DNA from: Rhina ancylostomus
Lineage: Eukaryota
NCBI GenBank assembly: GCA_030265395.1
Contig: JARFYF010000012.1
Coordinates: forward strand, 37,383,005-37,447,004
DNA: 64,000 nucleotides
Reading direction: 5' to 3'
Shown here: positions 37,901-50,104 of the stretch, in pieces
Numbering within the stretch: position 1 is the stretch's first letter
Layout: every line of letters begins with the position of its first letter
Notes under the pieces: model-generated
Seen by the model: only the letters and a program-made list of their open reading frames with translations
Told to the model about the DNA's origin: nothing
Databases searched by the model: none
Translations under genes and position numbers: made by a program

Positions 37901-40900
37901 AGGACTAAACTCCAGAGAGTCAGGAGACTTGATAGGGGAGGTTTCCAGTTCTTCCCGGCAACTGCCTGGGTCCACGCTTTCTCCATTTTTTTTGGACTGG
38001 TTATCCTTGGAGCCATTCATCTGAATACTGGTTGCTGGTACTTCAAAGAACTGTTGTCCCTTTTTGGCTCTACCAAGTATCATGTTGGGCATACTGATTA
38101 CTACATCAGTCTCATGGAATTTCACCTGAGCACCGTTACATTCTTGGATCTTTGACATTGGTTTTTCTTCTGGAACCCTGACTGGGATCTGTGATGGACT
38201 TGAACTCTCCTTTTTCACAGACTTTACTCGCATTTGCTCTGCAGAACTCTCACCATCTCTGATGGTTCGCTCTATGCAACCCATTTTCTTGGACGGAGAG
38301 CTCATCAGGGCCTCTTGAACTTCCTTCGCCGAATGCCTGTTATTTGACAGATGCTCCTTCTCTACGACAGGAACAATCTTTTCTCTCATCTGCCCGTCAG
38401 ATCTGAACTCTGCCTGAGCAATGTCATTTTCCATCAGGTTATCGTGCACAAGAACATGCGTGAGCTTGTCCTTATGTGATTTGCGATTGGAATTCCCACA
38501 GTTTTCCCAGGTTCTGTACACCTTTTTCTCTTTGTCTAATTTTATTTGCGATTCAAGGTCTTTTTTCAACGATGCATCCATCTCAGAAGTCCAAACTGTG
38601 CCTTTCGCACCAAACACCAACTGCTTTGGAGCAGTGGCCACAAATTGAGAAACATTTGCATGTGGCGTAACTTCCACTGCCTTCTGAAGCACTGACGACA
38701 CAGGTTCGGTTCCAATATTCAAACCCCCTAGGCTGCTTAAGTCCTTGAACTTACTGGCGTGCACTTCCTTCACTGTTGAGATGGCCCCTTCTGCTGCATG
38801 CTCCAGCTTCTTCTGATTAATTTCTTTCAAAGAGAACTGGTAGATTGGCAGCTTGCTTTCATGCAGTCTTTTAACAGGTGCATTTAGCTGTCCTTCTTGC
38901 AAATTTCTTTCCACAAAGTTTGTTTTTACCTCATCATCAACCTGAGCGCTGGAGCAAGCAGCAACAGTCTTTCTCAATTTGCCGTCAGGCTGATTGTCCT
39001 GCAGGTAGGTGTATCGTGAGGATTCACTGCCTTTCTGCATTACAGCTGGCTCAGATTTTGAGTAAGGTGAACTGTTTCCCATTTGTTTTAAATGAAATGG
39101 TGGTTGTGAGAGATCTTCACACTGCTTCATTTTATGTTTCACGTCATCTGAGACGGATGAATAAGTCCTTTGAGCAGAGTCCATCACTGCATTGGCCACT
39201 CTCTTCTCCTCAGCACGGACAGAATACTTACGAAGACACTGCTCACTCTGCTTCTCCTGGCTCCATTCGTCACTGGGCATTATGTCAGTCAGCCGCAGCT
39301 TCTCTGGACTGCTGCTNNNNNNNNNNNNNNNNNNATGGGTTTGCATTCCTTCCCTTTTGTGCGGCTTTTTCTCCGGCGACTGCAGCTCATCGTTTAACTT
39401 CTCCGTTTTGTCTCGAAAAAACTGAGATACTTCAGTTAGCTTCTCTTCTGCTTCTTTCACCGTTCTGTCAACCCTGTCCTCATAAATGAGCTTTTCCCTT
39501 CCACCTTCTAGTCTGTCTTCACTAAGACGCATCCACAGAGCATGCTTTGGACTGCCAGACTCCGGTGGATAGTGCAGAACAGCAACCTTTTCGTAACGAT
39601 TGCCTGCATCTGTTGATTTATCAGTGTTATCAGGTATCATTTTGTGCAGCTTAGCAAGTTCTTTCTCCTGCGATGAATCATTCAGTCTCTTGTAATGACC
39701 AATTACCTGTGAGCCCAGACAGAAGGCCTGAGGTTGCTCAGTGACCGATTCTTCAGTATCAGAATGAGAAACATCCATTTTCTCAGAAAGAAGCATCTTC
39801 TCTGCAAACCTGTAGGACTCTCCCCTCAGCTCCGAGTATTCATCATCGTGGTACTCCACTGACTGCTGAGTGAGAAGCTTCAGCGTTTTGTACGAGTCAT
39901 CAGAGATGAGCTGTGCCGAGCTGGGACGGCTCTCATCTTCCTGGGAGACAGGAGTGTTCACTCTTGATGATTCCATGTAGGAGGGAAGGGATTCTTCAGC
40001 CGTGAGCTCCTCTTCTTCCCGCTGTGCCTGCTCATCCTGACAGGCATCAAACCTCTCCGGGAGAACTTTGGCTTCTCTTACTTCACTGTCCCCCAGAAAA
40101 TCTTTCTGATAAACAAATAATTCTCTTTCTGGGTGCTTTTTTGTCTCCCTTATAATGACTTCTGTAGGTTCTATTTTGTTTCCCTTTTCAATATGAAATT
40201 CAAAAGTTCTTTCAACTTTTGGTTTCAAGTTGGAGTCTTTATCAAGATAACTCGACATTGCTTCTCCGGTCTTGCTGCTTTCTGAAGAAACTGTTGACTT
40301 ATGCTCGAACAGGCCAGCTAGTTCTTTGGAAGGATCACGACCTGACTGGAAAGCCTTCATTATATCACGAACGGACATGGTTTCTTCTATTCTTTCACTT
40401 GCATTGCTTTCAGTGCAGGGAGGTGTGTGATAAACCATCCTTGTGGTTGTCGTAATTTGAGTTTCTTCTTTCACACGCACTTCTTTGCTCTTCAAGCATT
40501 TACTGTCTTCGTCCTCTGATTTCATTTTAATTTGAAAAGCTTTCATCTTGTCTTTTATTGACCCAATTGGCTTCTCTTCCACTTCCGAAAACATATCTGC
40601 ATTTTGCACTGGAGCCAACCCTTCAGTTTTGGACGCCTGCATCTCATCTAAGGAAGGTTCATAGCTTCTAATGACACGGACTACTTCTGTACGGGTTTCT
40701 GTAATAACCGGAGGTATGGGAACATCGTGAAAGAGAGGCTTAGGCCCAGTGCTCTCTGCGCTTTGAGGAGCAGAAGGTGTCTTTTCACTCCTGGTCTCAA
40801 ACCCACTATCTGACAGAGGACTTTTATCCTGATCATGCTGAGAAAAATCATCAGGTGACTCCAAAATAGCTTCAGTTGCCATCAATGCATCTGCAAGCTT

Positions 40901-42765
40901 GCTCAGTTCCTTTTCTGAAGCGGATGGTCGCATGGGAGGTGGAGGCATCTTAAGTTTATGTTCTGGCAAAGGTATTGTTGGCTTATNNNNNNNNNNNNNN
41001 NNNNNNNNNNNNNNNNNNNNNNNNNNNNNNNNNNNNNNNNNGTATTTATTATCACCCATCTTTCCCAGAGTATCAATTCCGAGATCATTTGTCAAATAGT
41101 CAACGACTCTTGCCAAACTGAAGTCCTTTTCTCCTCCATTTTTTACCTTCGTGGGAACAAAAGTACCAAAGTGCTCATTTGCCTTTTGCTTTGCCTCCTC
41201 GATATCATCACAGTCGAACATAACCCATTCACCTTCACCTGAAAGCTCCCCATTTGTCTGAGCTCCTTTTACACCATTCTTGCTCTCCGTCAGCCCATCC
41301 TTCTGAAGGATCTCGCTAACTTTCACCAAGTCTTCTTTAACTTTCTCCACAAGCTTAAAAGGTTCCTCACTTTCATCCTCGCTCTTTCCCCCTTTTGCGG
41401 ACACTTCCGAGGGGAATGCCTTGTCACTTGCGGAATCTGTTTGTAGGATGGCTGTCATCTTCATCAAGTCCTCCTTCATCTCAGCAACGTCTTTCAAAAT
41501 TTCCTGACTTGAGGACAGGGTGGAGGCGGATGACAGTTTCAGTGCTGAAGGAGCAAGGAACAGGGGGCTTTTCAGTGGGGACAATGTCTTGGTAAACTGA
41601 GACTGTACTTGCGTGCGAGACTCGGATTTTATTGGTGATAACAATGCAGCAGCTGACTTGGTTAGTGGTGTAGTCTCTGAGAGTCTTTTCAGCTGTGGTT
41701 CTGATAACACATTTACAACAGAGTACACAGGTACAGTTATAGTTGACGATGTCACAGATGTGGTGGTCACAGATGAAGACCTCAATGAAGAATACAAGGA
41801 CCCAGCAGAGGGTAATCTTATTGTTTGAAAAGCAGTAGGGGCTGCTGATGCAAAGGATTTAAGTGGAGCAAATGTGACGCTACTGCTGGTTGTGTGGGCT
41901 TTCTCCATTGCATTCTGCATAGTTGTGATGCATTTGTTTGCCAGTATGGCGGCTGATGCTTTCTCGGGAGACGAACCAGATGCTTGACTGCTGAAAAAAG
42001 CTGCAGCTGAGGGGTACTTGACGGGTGATATCACTCCATTAGCAGATATTTGGCCATTCGAAGTAATCAACTTAGATGGAGAAAATGACACAGACGGCAA
42101 TCCTTGGGCTGCGTCAATGACAGACTTAACAGGAGAAGACCCCGAAGCTGACATTGATTTCAAAGGAGAGGACAGAACTGTGGGTGCTGTTGTAATGATG
42201 GACTTGAATGGCAAGCTAGATGAGTACATGTTAACAGTAGCTTTAGGGGAGGCTGGTGGGGTCATGGTTATGGAGGATCTCTCCAGAAGCGATCCTGCCG
42301 TTGTTGCTGGAGAAAGCCGTGAGGAAAACCATGACGAAGTTAGTCCTTTTACAGAAGAAGATTCAGGCATTACTGATGCTTTCACTGGTGAAGAAATCAA
42401 AGCAGAGGAAGATTTAACAGAATACTGAGTCTGTGTCACTACAGTTTTTATAGGTGAAGATGTGGACTTAAACGATCTAATTGGAGATGCTAAATCACTC
42501 ATAGATCTTACTGAGGAAGTTGTGGAAGCTCCTAAGGTTGATCTGATAGGTGAAGCAGAAGAGACAGACCAAATTGACTTTAATGGGGAGGCCGTAGGTG
42601 TGTTGGATGTTGAACTTGAAAGAGAGGTAATTCCAGATTTTGCTTGTCCAGCTACTGAAATGGGGACTGCTGCCCATGACTGAAAAGGCCTTGTTGAAAA
42701 GACCGGCTTGTACGAGTACGGTGCAGGGTAGGACCTGGTGGTTCCTGTACTTCTTTCAATGATTT
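34957..42765 (-). CDS. ANK3: ANK3 giant exon (7,809 nt, 2,603 codons, symmetric phase 1-1) of the 480-kDa neuronal AIS/node isoform
   Basis: Continuous ORF (track ORF 34886..42502 extends upstream to [14 protein letters not shown]). Acceptor tttttaag|AA ATC, donor ACT G|gtgggg. Contains a Ser-rich region, [36 protein letters not shown] and [42 protein letters not shown]. Two N gaps (39317-39334, 40987-41041) keep the frame. Confidence 0.94.
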
Positions 42766-43544
42766 CTTAAAAAATTCAGAAATAAACTCCAAATTTTAAA
42801 CAAAAATCAACAAGATAAATTAAAGAAACGGAGAGACCAGAGAAAAGAGAAATTGGTCAGTAAATCTGGTTAAACAGTTAGAAGAAAGTACAAACCGTTT
42901 AAAAAGATACAGCGATAAATTCATTGAGAATAGTGATTGACCAGCTTGATTTGAAAAGAATATTTTAATTTGCTTCTTTTCAACTGTACAATAGTTACCA
43001 AACTAGAAAGCAATCAAAGCAGCAAATGAAACAATACAAAAAGTAAAATGAAAAAAACAAATATAGGGTAGAAAAGACAAACGAAACACAAACATGAAAC
43101 AAATGGTAAGAAATACAAAGGAGACTTTGAGCTACATATTTCACTATATATTTGTATTCATGGCTAAATCTAACAGCTCTATACATGCCACCAGGGAAGT
43201 AATTTTGGAGAATATATATTTTATCCAGCATTATTACTGTAGAAACACATTTCTCCGATGCAAATTGATGTTTGTAGTAAAATAAAGTATAATTATTCAG
43301 TCTTATGACCCACAATAATATTCAGCAGATGTCATTTGATGTGGAAACTATGCTGCAACAGAAATGAGGCCAACAAATTCACCCATTGTGAGTCAACGTG
43401 ACACACTGCCAACACTGTTGTCAAGACTTCCTTCTACACTAGTATAATTTAAAATGCACTCTCAAATTACAGACTCAAAACCACTTTGAAAATGACCAAA
43501 TTATGTCATCAGCCTAGCTCCCTCTCCCTCCCTCTCTCTCTGTT

Positions 43545-43960
43545 AGAAAGTAGTGGCTTCAAGTTTCATTCCAGAGGCTCGAAACAAAATCCAAATCACT
43601 GGCCCAAGGTAGCACCAAGGGAGTGCTGCATTCTCAGGGATGCTGCCCATCACCTGAGATGTTAAATCAATATCTTGCTGCCCGATTAAATGGATGTAAA
43701 CGATTAATTTGAAATTGAGCAAATGAGATCTCCCAAGTACACCTTAGTACCTAAACAAAATTCAATACAAGTAATTATCTGGTCAACATCCCATTGCTGT
43801 TTCTGGACAATGCTGTCCCCAAATACAAGGACCCAGTTGGCTGCTCAAGTTCCTATAACGAAACAGTGATTAGACTTAGTAAGAAATGAAGTGGTTATAA
43901 AACAAACTGGGACATCTCAGGTCCACAAAAAGTGCTTCAAAAATACAAGTCGTTTTCCTT
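43545..43960 (+). mobile_element. Deu-domain SINE-like element
   Basis: gagtgctgca...gagatgttaaatc...attatctggtcaacatcccattgctgt...aaatacaagtc; same order of blocks as the 18180 copy. Confidence 0.65.
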
Positions 43961-44396
43961 TTGTCTCAATGTCCCTAATGAGTACTCAACTCTATAGGTG
44001 GAAAGTTAAACTTAAAAGTCCCTTGGAATTTGTGATAGCGGTCTGAATCTAGAGTAACTTTAATATTCTTGTACAAAACAGTAGCCCACCCTGGACAAGT
44101 GTTGTCTTTCATTTTTAATGGAGCTGCATTAAGGAACCATGATACAAGAATGGATTACAATCAACATGAAAAACAAATCTCATTTTGAGCAAAAAATTAT
44201 TTATGCATCAAAAAAATGAAATGATAGAAGTAATGAGTGGATTTGCAAATCAAAGCTGGTTCTTGCTTTCCAGCTGCATGCTTGAACAGGTAACAATGGT
44301 ACAAATTTATTTGTTGAAACATTTTATTTTAAAATAAAAAGCCATAAATGAATGTCAAGCAAGACAAATGTTGTGGGGAGAGATTAATGGACTCAC

Positions 44397-44481
44397 TCAT
44401 TCCAGGTTCCGCAAGATAGCTGTAGCGCTTGCGTAATGCGATAGATGCAAACGATTGACGGCGGTCTGAAGCTCTCTCAAC
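44397..44481 (-). CDS. ANK3: ANK3 exon, 85 nt (VERASDRRQSFASIALRKRYSYLAEPGM), last exon before the giant exon
   Basis: Acceptor ttccag|GTT, donor ATG A|gtgagt (phase 1). Skipping the giant exon gives the M-S-P-Q-S-P-C-E-R junction of the short isoform. Confidence 0.95.
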
Positions 44482-45812
44482 CTGGAAGAAAAAGACGTGG
44501 TGATATTTTGTTGATTTTATTCCCAAATTAAATATTTTCATTTGCATTTTATGTTTATTTTACTTTGTCATAAATAATATTGTGACATACAAACCCAACC
44601 AAACCAATGTGATGCTCTGTAATATCTTGANNNNNNNNNNNNNNNNNNNNNNNNNNNNNNNNNNNNNACACGTTATATAAAAGTAGAAATGCAGAAAAAC
44701 ACTACACTCACCATCTAGGATGTTTTAGAAATGAAGCTATATGCTGTTTCCAATTATTATTTTCTGCTTTAGTAATTTCACCATTAATTCCTCTTTAAGA
44801 TTTGTCTTGTTTCCTCCTTCTGCTGGGAGGAATGTATGGTACAGGTCACCAAACTCATGATGCCACATTCAGCTAAAAGGTTAGCAGGATGAGGCTGGTC
44901 CTGCTTCCCAGAATGCACAGCTGCATCTAATAGTCCAGTGAATGAAGGCAATCAAGTTGAAATGCCAGTTACACACTAGAAAGTGAACCTATGTTCAATT
45001 GATAAGGGATCCCTGCTGCATCGTTCGGGTTCACAAGAGGTCAGTGTGGACAATACCATGGACAAAAGCAGCAAGAATGAAATTTGTAGACACAAGCACG
45101 CAACATACAGACACACGTGAAACATTTCACCACAAATACACAAGAATCAGCTTCCCACGTGATTAAACTTTTAGGAAAGGTGCATGTTATAATTTTCAAA
45201 TTGTAGCACTTTTAGTTGGTGGCTTTTAGTAAACGGTTACAATAAATATTCTGGTGTACAATGCTGGTAAATGGGACATGAAACTAATTAAATCACATGG
45301 GGCAATTGGTACTTCAGCTGACTCAGTGCTCTATTCCAGCATAAGATACAAGGAATGTTTATTGTGACCACAAGCAGACACATTGTGATGCAGTTATTGA
45401 GCTATGGCAGTTGACCCAATTCTTGGCAATACAAACTAATGCTTTCTTTCTCTGCTAACAACTCAAATTATGTAATAACACGCTGTACCAAACACCCAAA
45501 AGCACATGTTCAGTGGAGTCTTTATGTCCATACAATTTCAAAAATCCTAACAACTATCTTTAACCTTGAAAAAAAAATTAAATAGGATCAAAAATTACAG
45601 GATATTTATTTCCCAGTTGCATCCAAAATTGATAAAAATTGAGAAATATATCAGTTATATTACATTTGGCATTGGAAGTTTGATGGTTAATTAAACCTGA
45701 GAAACATCAGGTGAACATTATCATTAAAGACTAAGTCCAACCACAATAATGCCCACTGCAATAACTTAATAGTCATCACCAAGTTTAGACAGATTATCAG
45801 ATTTTCCTTTAC

Positions 45813-45839
45813 CTCTTCGTCTGGATCTGATTCGGCTTC
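45813..45839 (-). CDS. ANK3: ANK3 27-nt microexon (EAESDPDEE)
   Basis: Acceptor cataag|GAA, donor GAG|gtaaag; phase 0-0. Resembles mammalian ETESDQDDE as recalled. Confidence 0.88.
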
Positions 45840-46274
45840 CTTATGGTCCCAAGAAGCATTGCAGAGACAAGGAGTATTATAATGGACAGCAGGGAAAAGA
45901 AACATCAGGATATGAAAAGGACCCAGTGGGAGTACAAGAGGCAAGCTAATTAGCACAAGATCAAAACAAGTCCAAAGCCAGCAAAACCAAAAAAAAATTA
46001 AACTTGATTTCACATTTACCAAAATAAAAATCACAACAAATGATGGAAAATACTGCAGGACTTTTGGCCTCTAAGTTACCAGCCAGAGCAAGAGCTCTGT
46101 AAACAAACAACACTATAATCTAGGAAACAGGTTTTAATGTCTACTTGTAAAAGAATGCAGTATGTTTTATAAAATAAGTGTTTATAGTTTCTAAAGCAAA
46201 CAGGTTCTTAGAAAATTATGTCATTTATCTAGCTTCCTTCAACAGAAGACCAGTTTATTAGTCTTTTCACATAC

Positions 46275-46397
46275 TTTTTTGTGAGCCGGCAGCGTAATGT
46301 TCAGATTACAGATAGCTGCTTGTGGTAATCCTTTGGAAGTTTTTGGTTCCTTCAGGAATGAGAGACGACCACAGGGCTCCTGGCTGTTGTCTCGAAC
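46275..46397 (-). CDS. ANK3: ANK3 exon, 123 nt, UPA end ([41 protein letters not shown])
   Basis: Acceptor ttctag|GTT CGA, donor AAA|gtatgt. Confidence 0.95.
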
Positions 46398-47821
46398 CTA
46401 GAAATAAGAGCCACCTCAATTTATAAATCAGCAACACTGTTGAACTCTCTGATCTGGATAACCAACCACAAACCAATCAGCTGACAATCTTTCTCATTTG
46501 CTGCTGTGTGCTACAAAACAATTGGAACAACAGCACATGATCAGATTGTTTAAAAATATTTAGAGATATCTTTAAGAAATCATTCACAGGCACATTTTGT
46601 ATTGGAGCTGGGTGATGGCTTGGGGTGCACAGTAGGTTGGCTTTTAACCTTTCACCTCTGAGATCTGGTTTCAAATCAAGGCCGTACTGTTGGCTCCATG
46701 AGTTCCATGTGAAACAATTTCTGAAATATAATTTGTCCACATTTCCAGTGTGAACAGTCTCAGTTCAGTTACAGTGCAGATTAGTCAATGGTACAAAATT
46801 GTCAGCAACAAGCAGCATCACTCAGAATAGTAAATTTAGTTTTATGGGAGATGTAATCTAGTGGATTAAAGAGAGCTCCTTTGAAGTTAAAACTGAGGCA
46901 AAGTGATGGGACGGCAGAATTGAACTTGACTCTAATTCTAGTGATATTGCTCTGATGTTGATACAGGGTGCCCGAAACAGAGTTATGCCTGATTACTTCA
47001 TTCTATACATCATCAAAAATTATCTGGATCATTATCTTGCTCTCCATGGGACACTGCTGCCATCGAATTGTTTGCCGAAAATTTCAATAAGACCAGAAAT
47101 ATTTAATTACCTCTGAAGAACATTTGAGCTNNNNNNNNNNNNNNNNNNNNNNNNNNNNNNNNNNNNNNNNNNNNNNNNNNNNNNNNNNNNNNNNNNNNNN
47201 NNNNNNNNNNNNNNNNNNNNNNNNNNNNNNNNNNNNNNNNNNNNNNNNNNNNNNNNNNNNNNNNNNNNNNNNNNNNNNNNNNNNNNNNNNNNNNNNNNNN
47301 GGTATATACAGCACAATATAAATGATGGCTCTCCTAAATGAGCCATGCACTACGATCTGCACAAATTCTACTGCGCTGTAGACTTCTCGTATTACTTTTA
47401 ATCTGAATATTCTAAGGACAATAAATAGGAAATACATTGGACTGGTTGCTAAACTTAGATAAATGGAGTTTATAATCAAAGATCATTCACTTATCAGTTA
47501 AAAATAGGTTTGGAAAAGGGGTTACTATTTAGGCAATATATACAAAGTCATTGTCTGCTTTTTTTATACAACACCTTTGTTATATTTCACTTTAGATAGG
47601 GGGCTGGGATGTGTTCACCATCAAGCATTCATGAATCAAATTCATCTCTAAACATCTGAGCCTAATAAATTGATGACTGATTATCCTCTCTCTTTTGGAC
47701 CCTCTCTCCTCCCTTTGTGCAATGTTTACAACTATGAGTTTCTAAGCTCTGTAATTCCCTCCCTAAACCTCTCCCGTTTTCTTTCCTCCCTTAAGATACT
47801 CGGTCAAAGCTATGTCATTGG

Positions 47822-48135
47822 CAGAGGTGGCACTGTGGTGCAGGTCGTAAAGCTGCTGCCTCGAAACTCAAACAACTAGAGTTCAATCCTGATCCCTGGT
47901 GCTGTGGGTGTGGAGATTGCATGTTTTCCCCGTGACCTCAGATGCATCGGTTTCCTGCCACATCCCAAAGTGTGGGCTGGTTGGTTGATCAGCCACCATA
48001 AATGGCCATTGGTGTACATGAGTGGTGACATCTTGGAAGAGTGGATGGGAGTATGTGGAATGGGATTAATCTAAATGGGTGCTTGGTGGTCAGTGTGGAG
48101 TCAGTGGGCCAAAGGGTCTGTTTCCAGGCTGCATG
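47822..48135 (+). mobile_element. tRNA-derived HE1/V-SINE-like element with a LINE-derived tail
   Basis: ggcactgtggtgcagg...gctgctgcctc...gttcaatcctg...ttgcatgttttccccgtgacc...tttcctgccacatcccaaag...gtgggccaaagggtctgtttcc. Confidence 0.75.
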
Positions 48136-48689
48136 ACATGCGAGCCTATGACTGAACCTGAGCCACTTCAATGGGCCAGATTAGGCTCACTTCTTGATGG
48201 TGGAAAGGAGCAGAGTTGAATGCCGTAACTTCTTACTGACTGCCTCCCTCCCCACCCACTTTGCCAGGGCTGGTCTTATCACCAAGCCCAAACATACCAA
48301 GCAATGGGACAGATCGGCTTGACATCTGGTCCCTCATATCCACTTCAGGATTAAGCTAGGGTGGTCACTTTTTACCCTTTACTTCATTTTGTGGATTTTA
48401 CTTATTTCTAGGACAATATTTATGATTATATTTATCTTTTTAGTAATAACTTTTGAAATGTATTTATTTGAATGTGTTGTCAATGTGTCTGATCATCAGA
48501 GATATTACAAAATAATTCAAAAGCCTCTGAGAGCAGCGACCTGTTAAAATGCCACAAGAGGATTCCAAGGCAGGGTGTCAGCATGTGCTGCCGAAGACCC
48601 GACCACTGCTCACAGCCTGCTCCGCTTCGCACGAGAACGCTCTGATACCATAGGTCAGTTTGGTTAACCTTTTCTATTAGTACAATTGG

Positions 48690-48980
48690 CCCAATGTCTC
48701 TGTAACCAGAGGGTATTGGCTGAGGGACAGATGTTCGCTGGAAATTGAGAGATCTTCTTGCTTTTCTTTGGAAGCTGTCATGAGATCTTTAATGTCCATT
48801 CGATCTGGAAAATGAGATCTCGGCTTATGATTCCCTCCCAAAGATGCTGGGTGATCCTGCACTCTCTCCATTTGGGATACCAAGCCCACCTAAATCATGT
48901 GCTGAGTTCTGTAGTGAGACTTGAATCAGTGACCAGAGACTTGGAGGCAAGAGTGCTCCCAAATGAGCCAAACTGACATA
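48690..48980 (-). mobile_element. Deu-domain SINE-like fragment (5' part)
   Basis: The reverse complement begins tggctcatttgggagcactcttgcctc (tRNA/5S-like head), followed by degenerate Deu-like blocks. Confidence 0.45.
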
Positions 48981-49116
48981 ACTTCACGAACAAACTTTTG
49001 GCCAGCTATCATAATATCATCTCCTTCTCAAGTGCTCTTTCTTTTGCCTGACTATATTATGAAAAAGCACCATGGAATGTATATCTGATGCATAAGTCAA
49101 TGCAAAGTTGTCTTAC

Positions 49117-49242
49117 CTTCACACCAAAGGGTAATCTGTTTTCTTTAAATGCATAGAAGTTGAATACAAGCTGCTGGCCTGCTTTGGCTAGAGGAACCAA
49201 GTTTCCATAGCAGTCCACGAAGATGGGTTTACCTTCTAGCAC
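49117..49242 (-). CDS. ANK3: ANK3 exon, 126 nt, UPA ([42 protein letters not shown])
   Basis: Acceptor caacag|GTG, donor AAG|gtaaga. Confidence 0.96.
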
Positions 49243-50104
49243 CTGTTGGTTACCATTGCAAGATTACACAATCTTCGACTAAAGAACTCTCACTCATTCT
49301 GATGTATTTATTTCTGGATATTTATCAAATAAAAATGGTTAATGAATATGAATATATTTGAAATCCCTTTTAAGTCCCTGTTCCAGAAAAACAATACCAA
49401 TGAAGAATTTATTAAAACCTACTTTTAATTAGTTAACTTTATGAGGGTCGCTACTCATTCACCGGAACGATACCCAGCATAGATGCCACCAATGCTACGA
49501 CATCCATAGATTATGAGCTGATATTCATGGCTCAGGTGCAGCATTAGATGTGTGGGGGTGTGGGAGGGGCCAGCTTCTGGTGAGCAGCAGAATGAATGGG
49601 AAGCGAGACAGGATTTGCTTTCCCTATTAGGTCATCGTGCTGAGGTGCCACTGGCTCGTGACCTGACTGAAACTCACACTCTCCAGAGCTCTCAAGGGGG
49701 CAGCGTTATAGACAGCAAGACTTCCATTCAGGAATCATAAAGAGCAGAAGTCATTCAATCACTTGAGTCTGTGGCATACTTTCATTAAATCCTGGTTGAT
49801 ATCTCAACTCTACCTTAGCTCCTTACCCTTCATTATTCTCTCCTGACAAAAAAAAATCAATCTCAACCTTGAGAGCTCCAAATATCTCCCGAGCAGTGGA
49901 GATTAATCCAAATTACCACCACCCTTTGTATCAAAAAGCTAGTTCTCTATTCCCCACCTCACTGGTCTCCATTTAAAAAAAATCATGTTTTTGATTTTCC
50001 CATTGGTGGAAAGGTTTCCTTTGTGTGGAAACTGTTAAATATCCAGCATTGAAACAAAATAAAAACAAAACCATTAAACCAAACTAATCATATGCAAAAT
50101 TTAC

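Noticed and set aside
41613-42683. Plus-strand acidic ORFs (41613..41828, 42018..42428, 42462..42683) that look protein-like
   Set aside because: These are antisense shadows of the Ser/Pro/Thr-rich giant-exon codons; they are broken by stops and show no independent gene signals.
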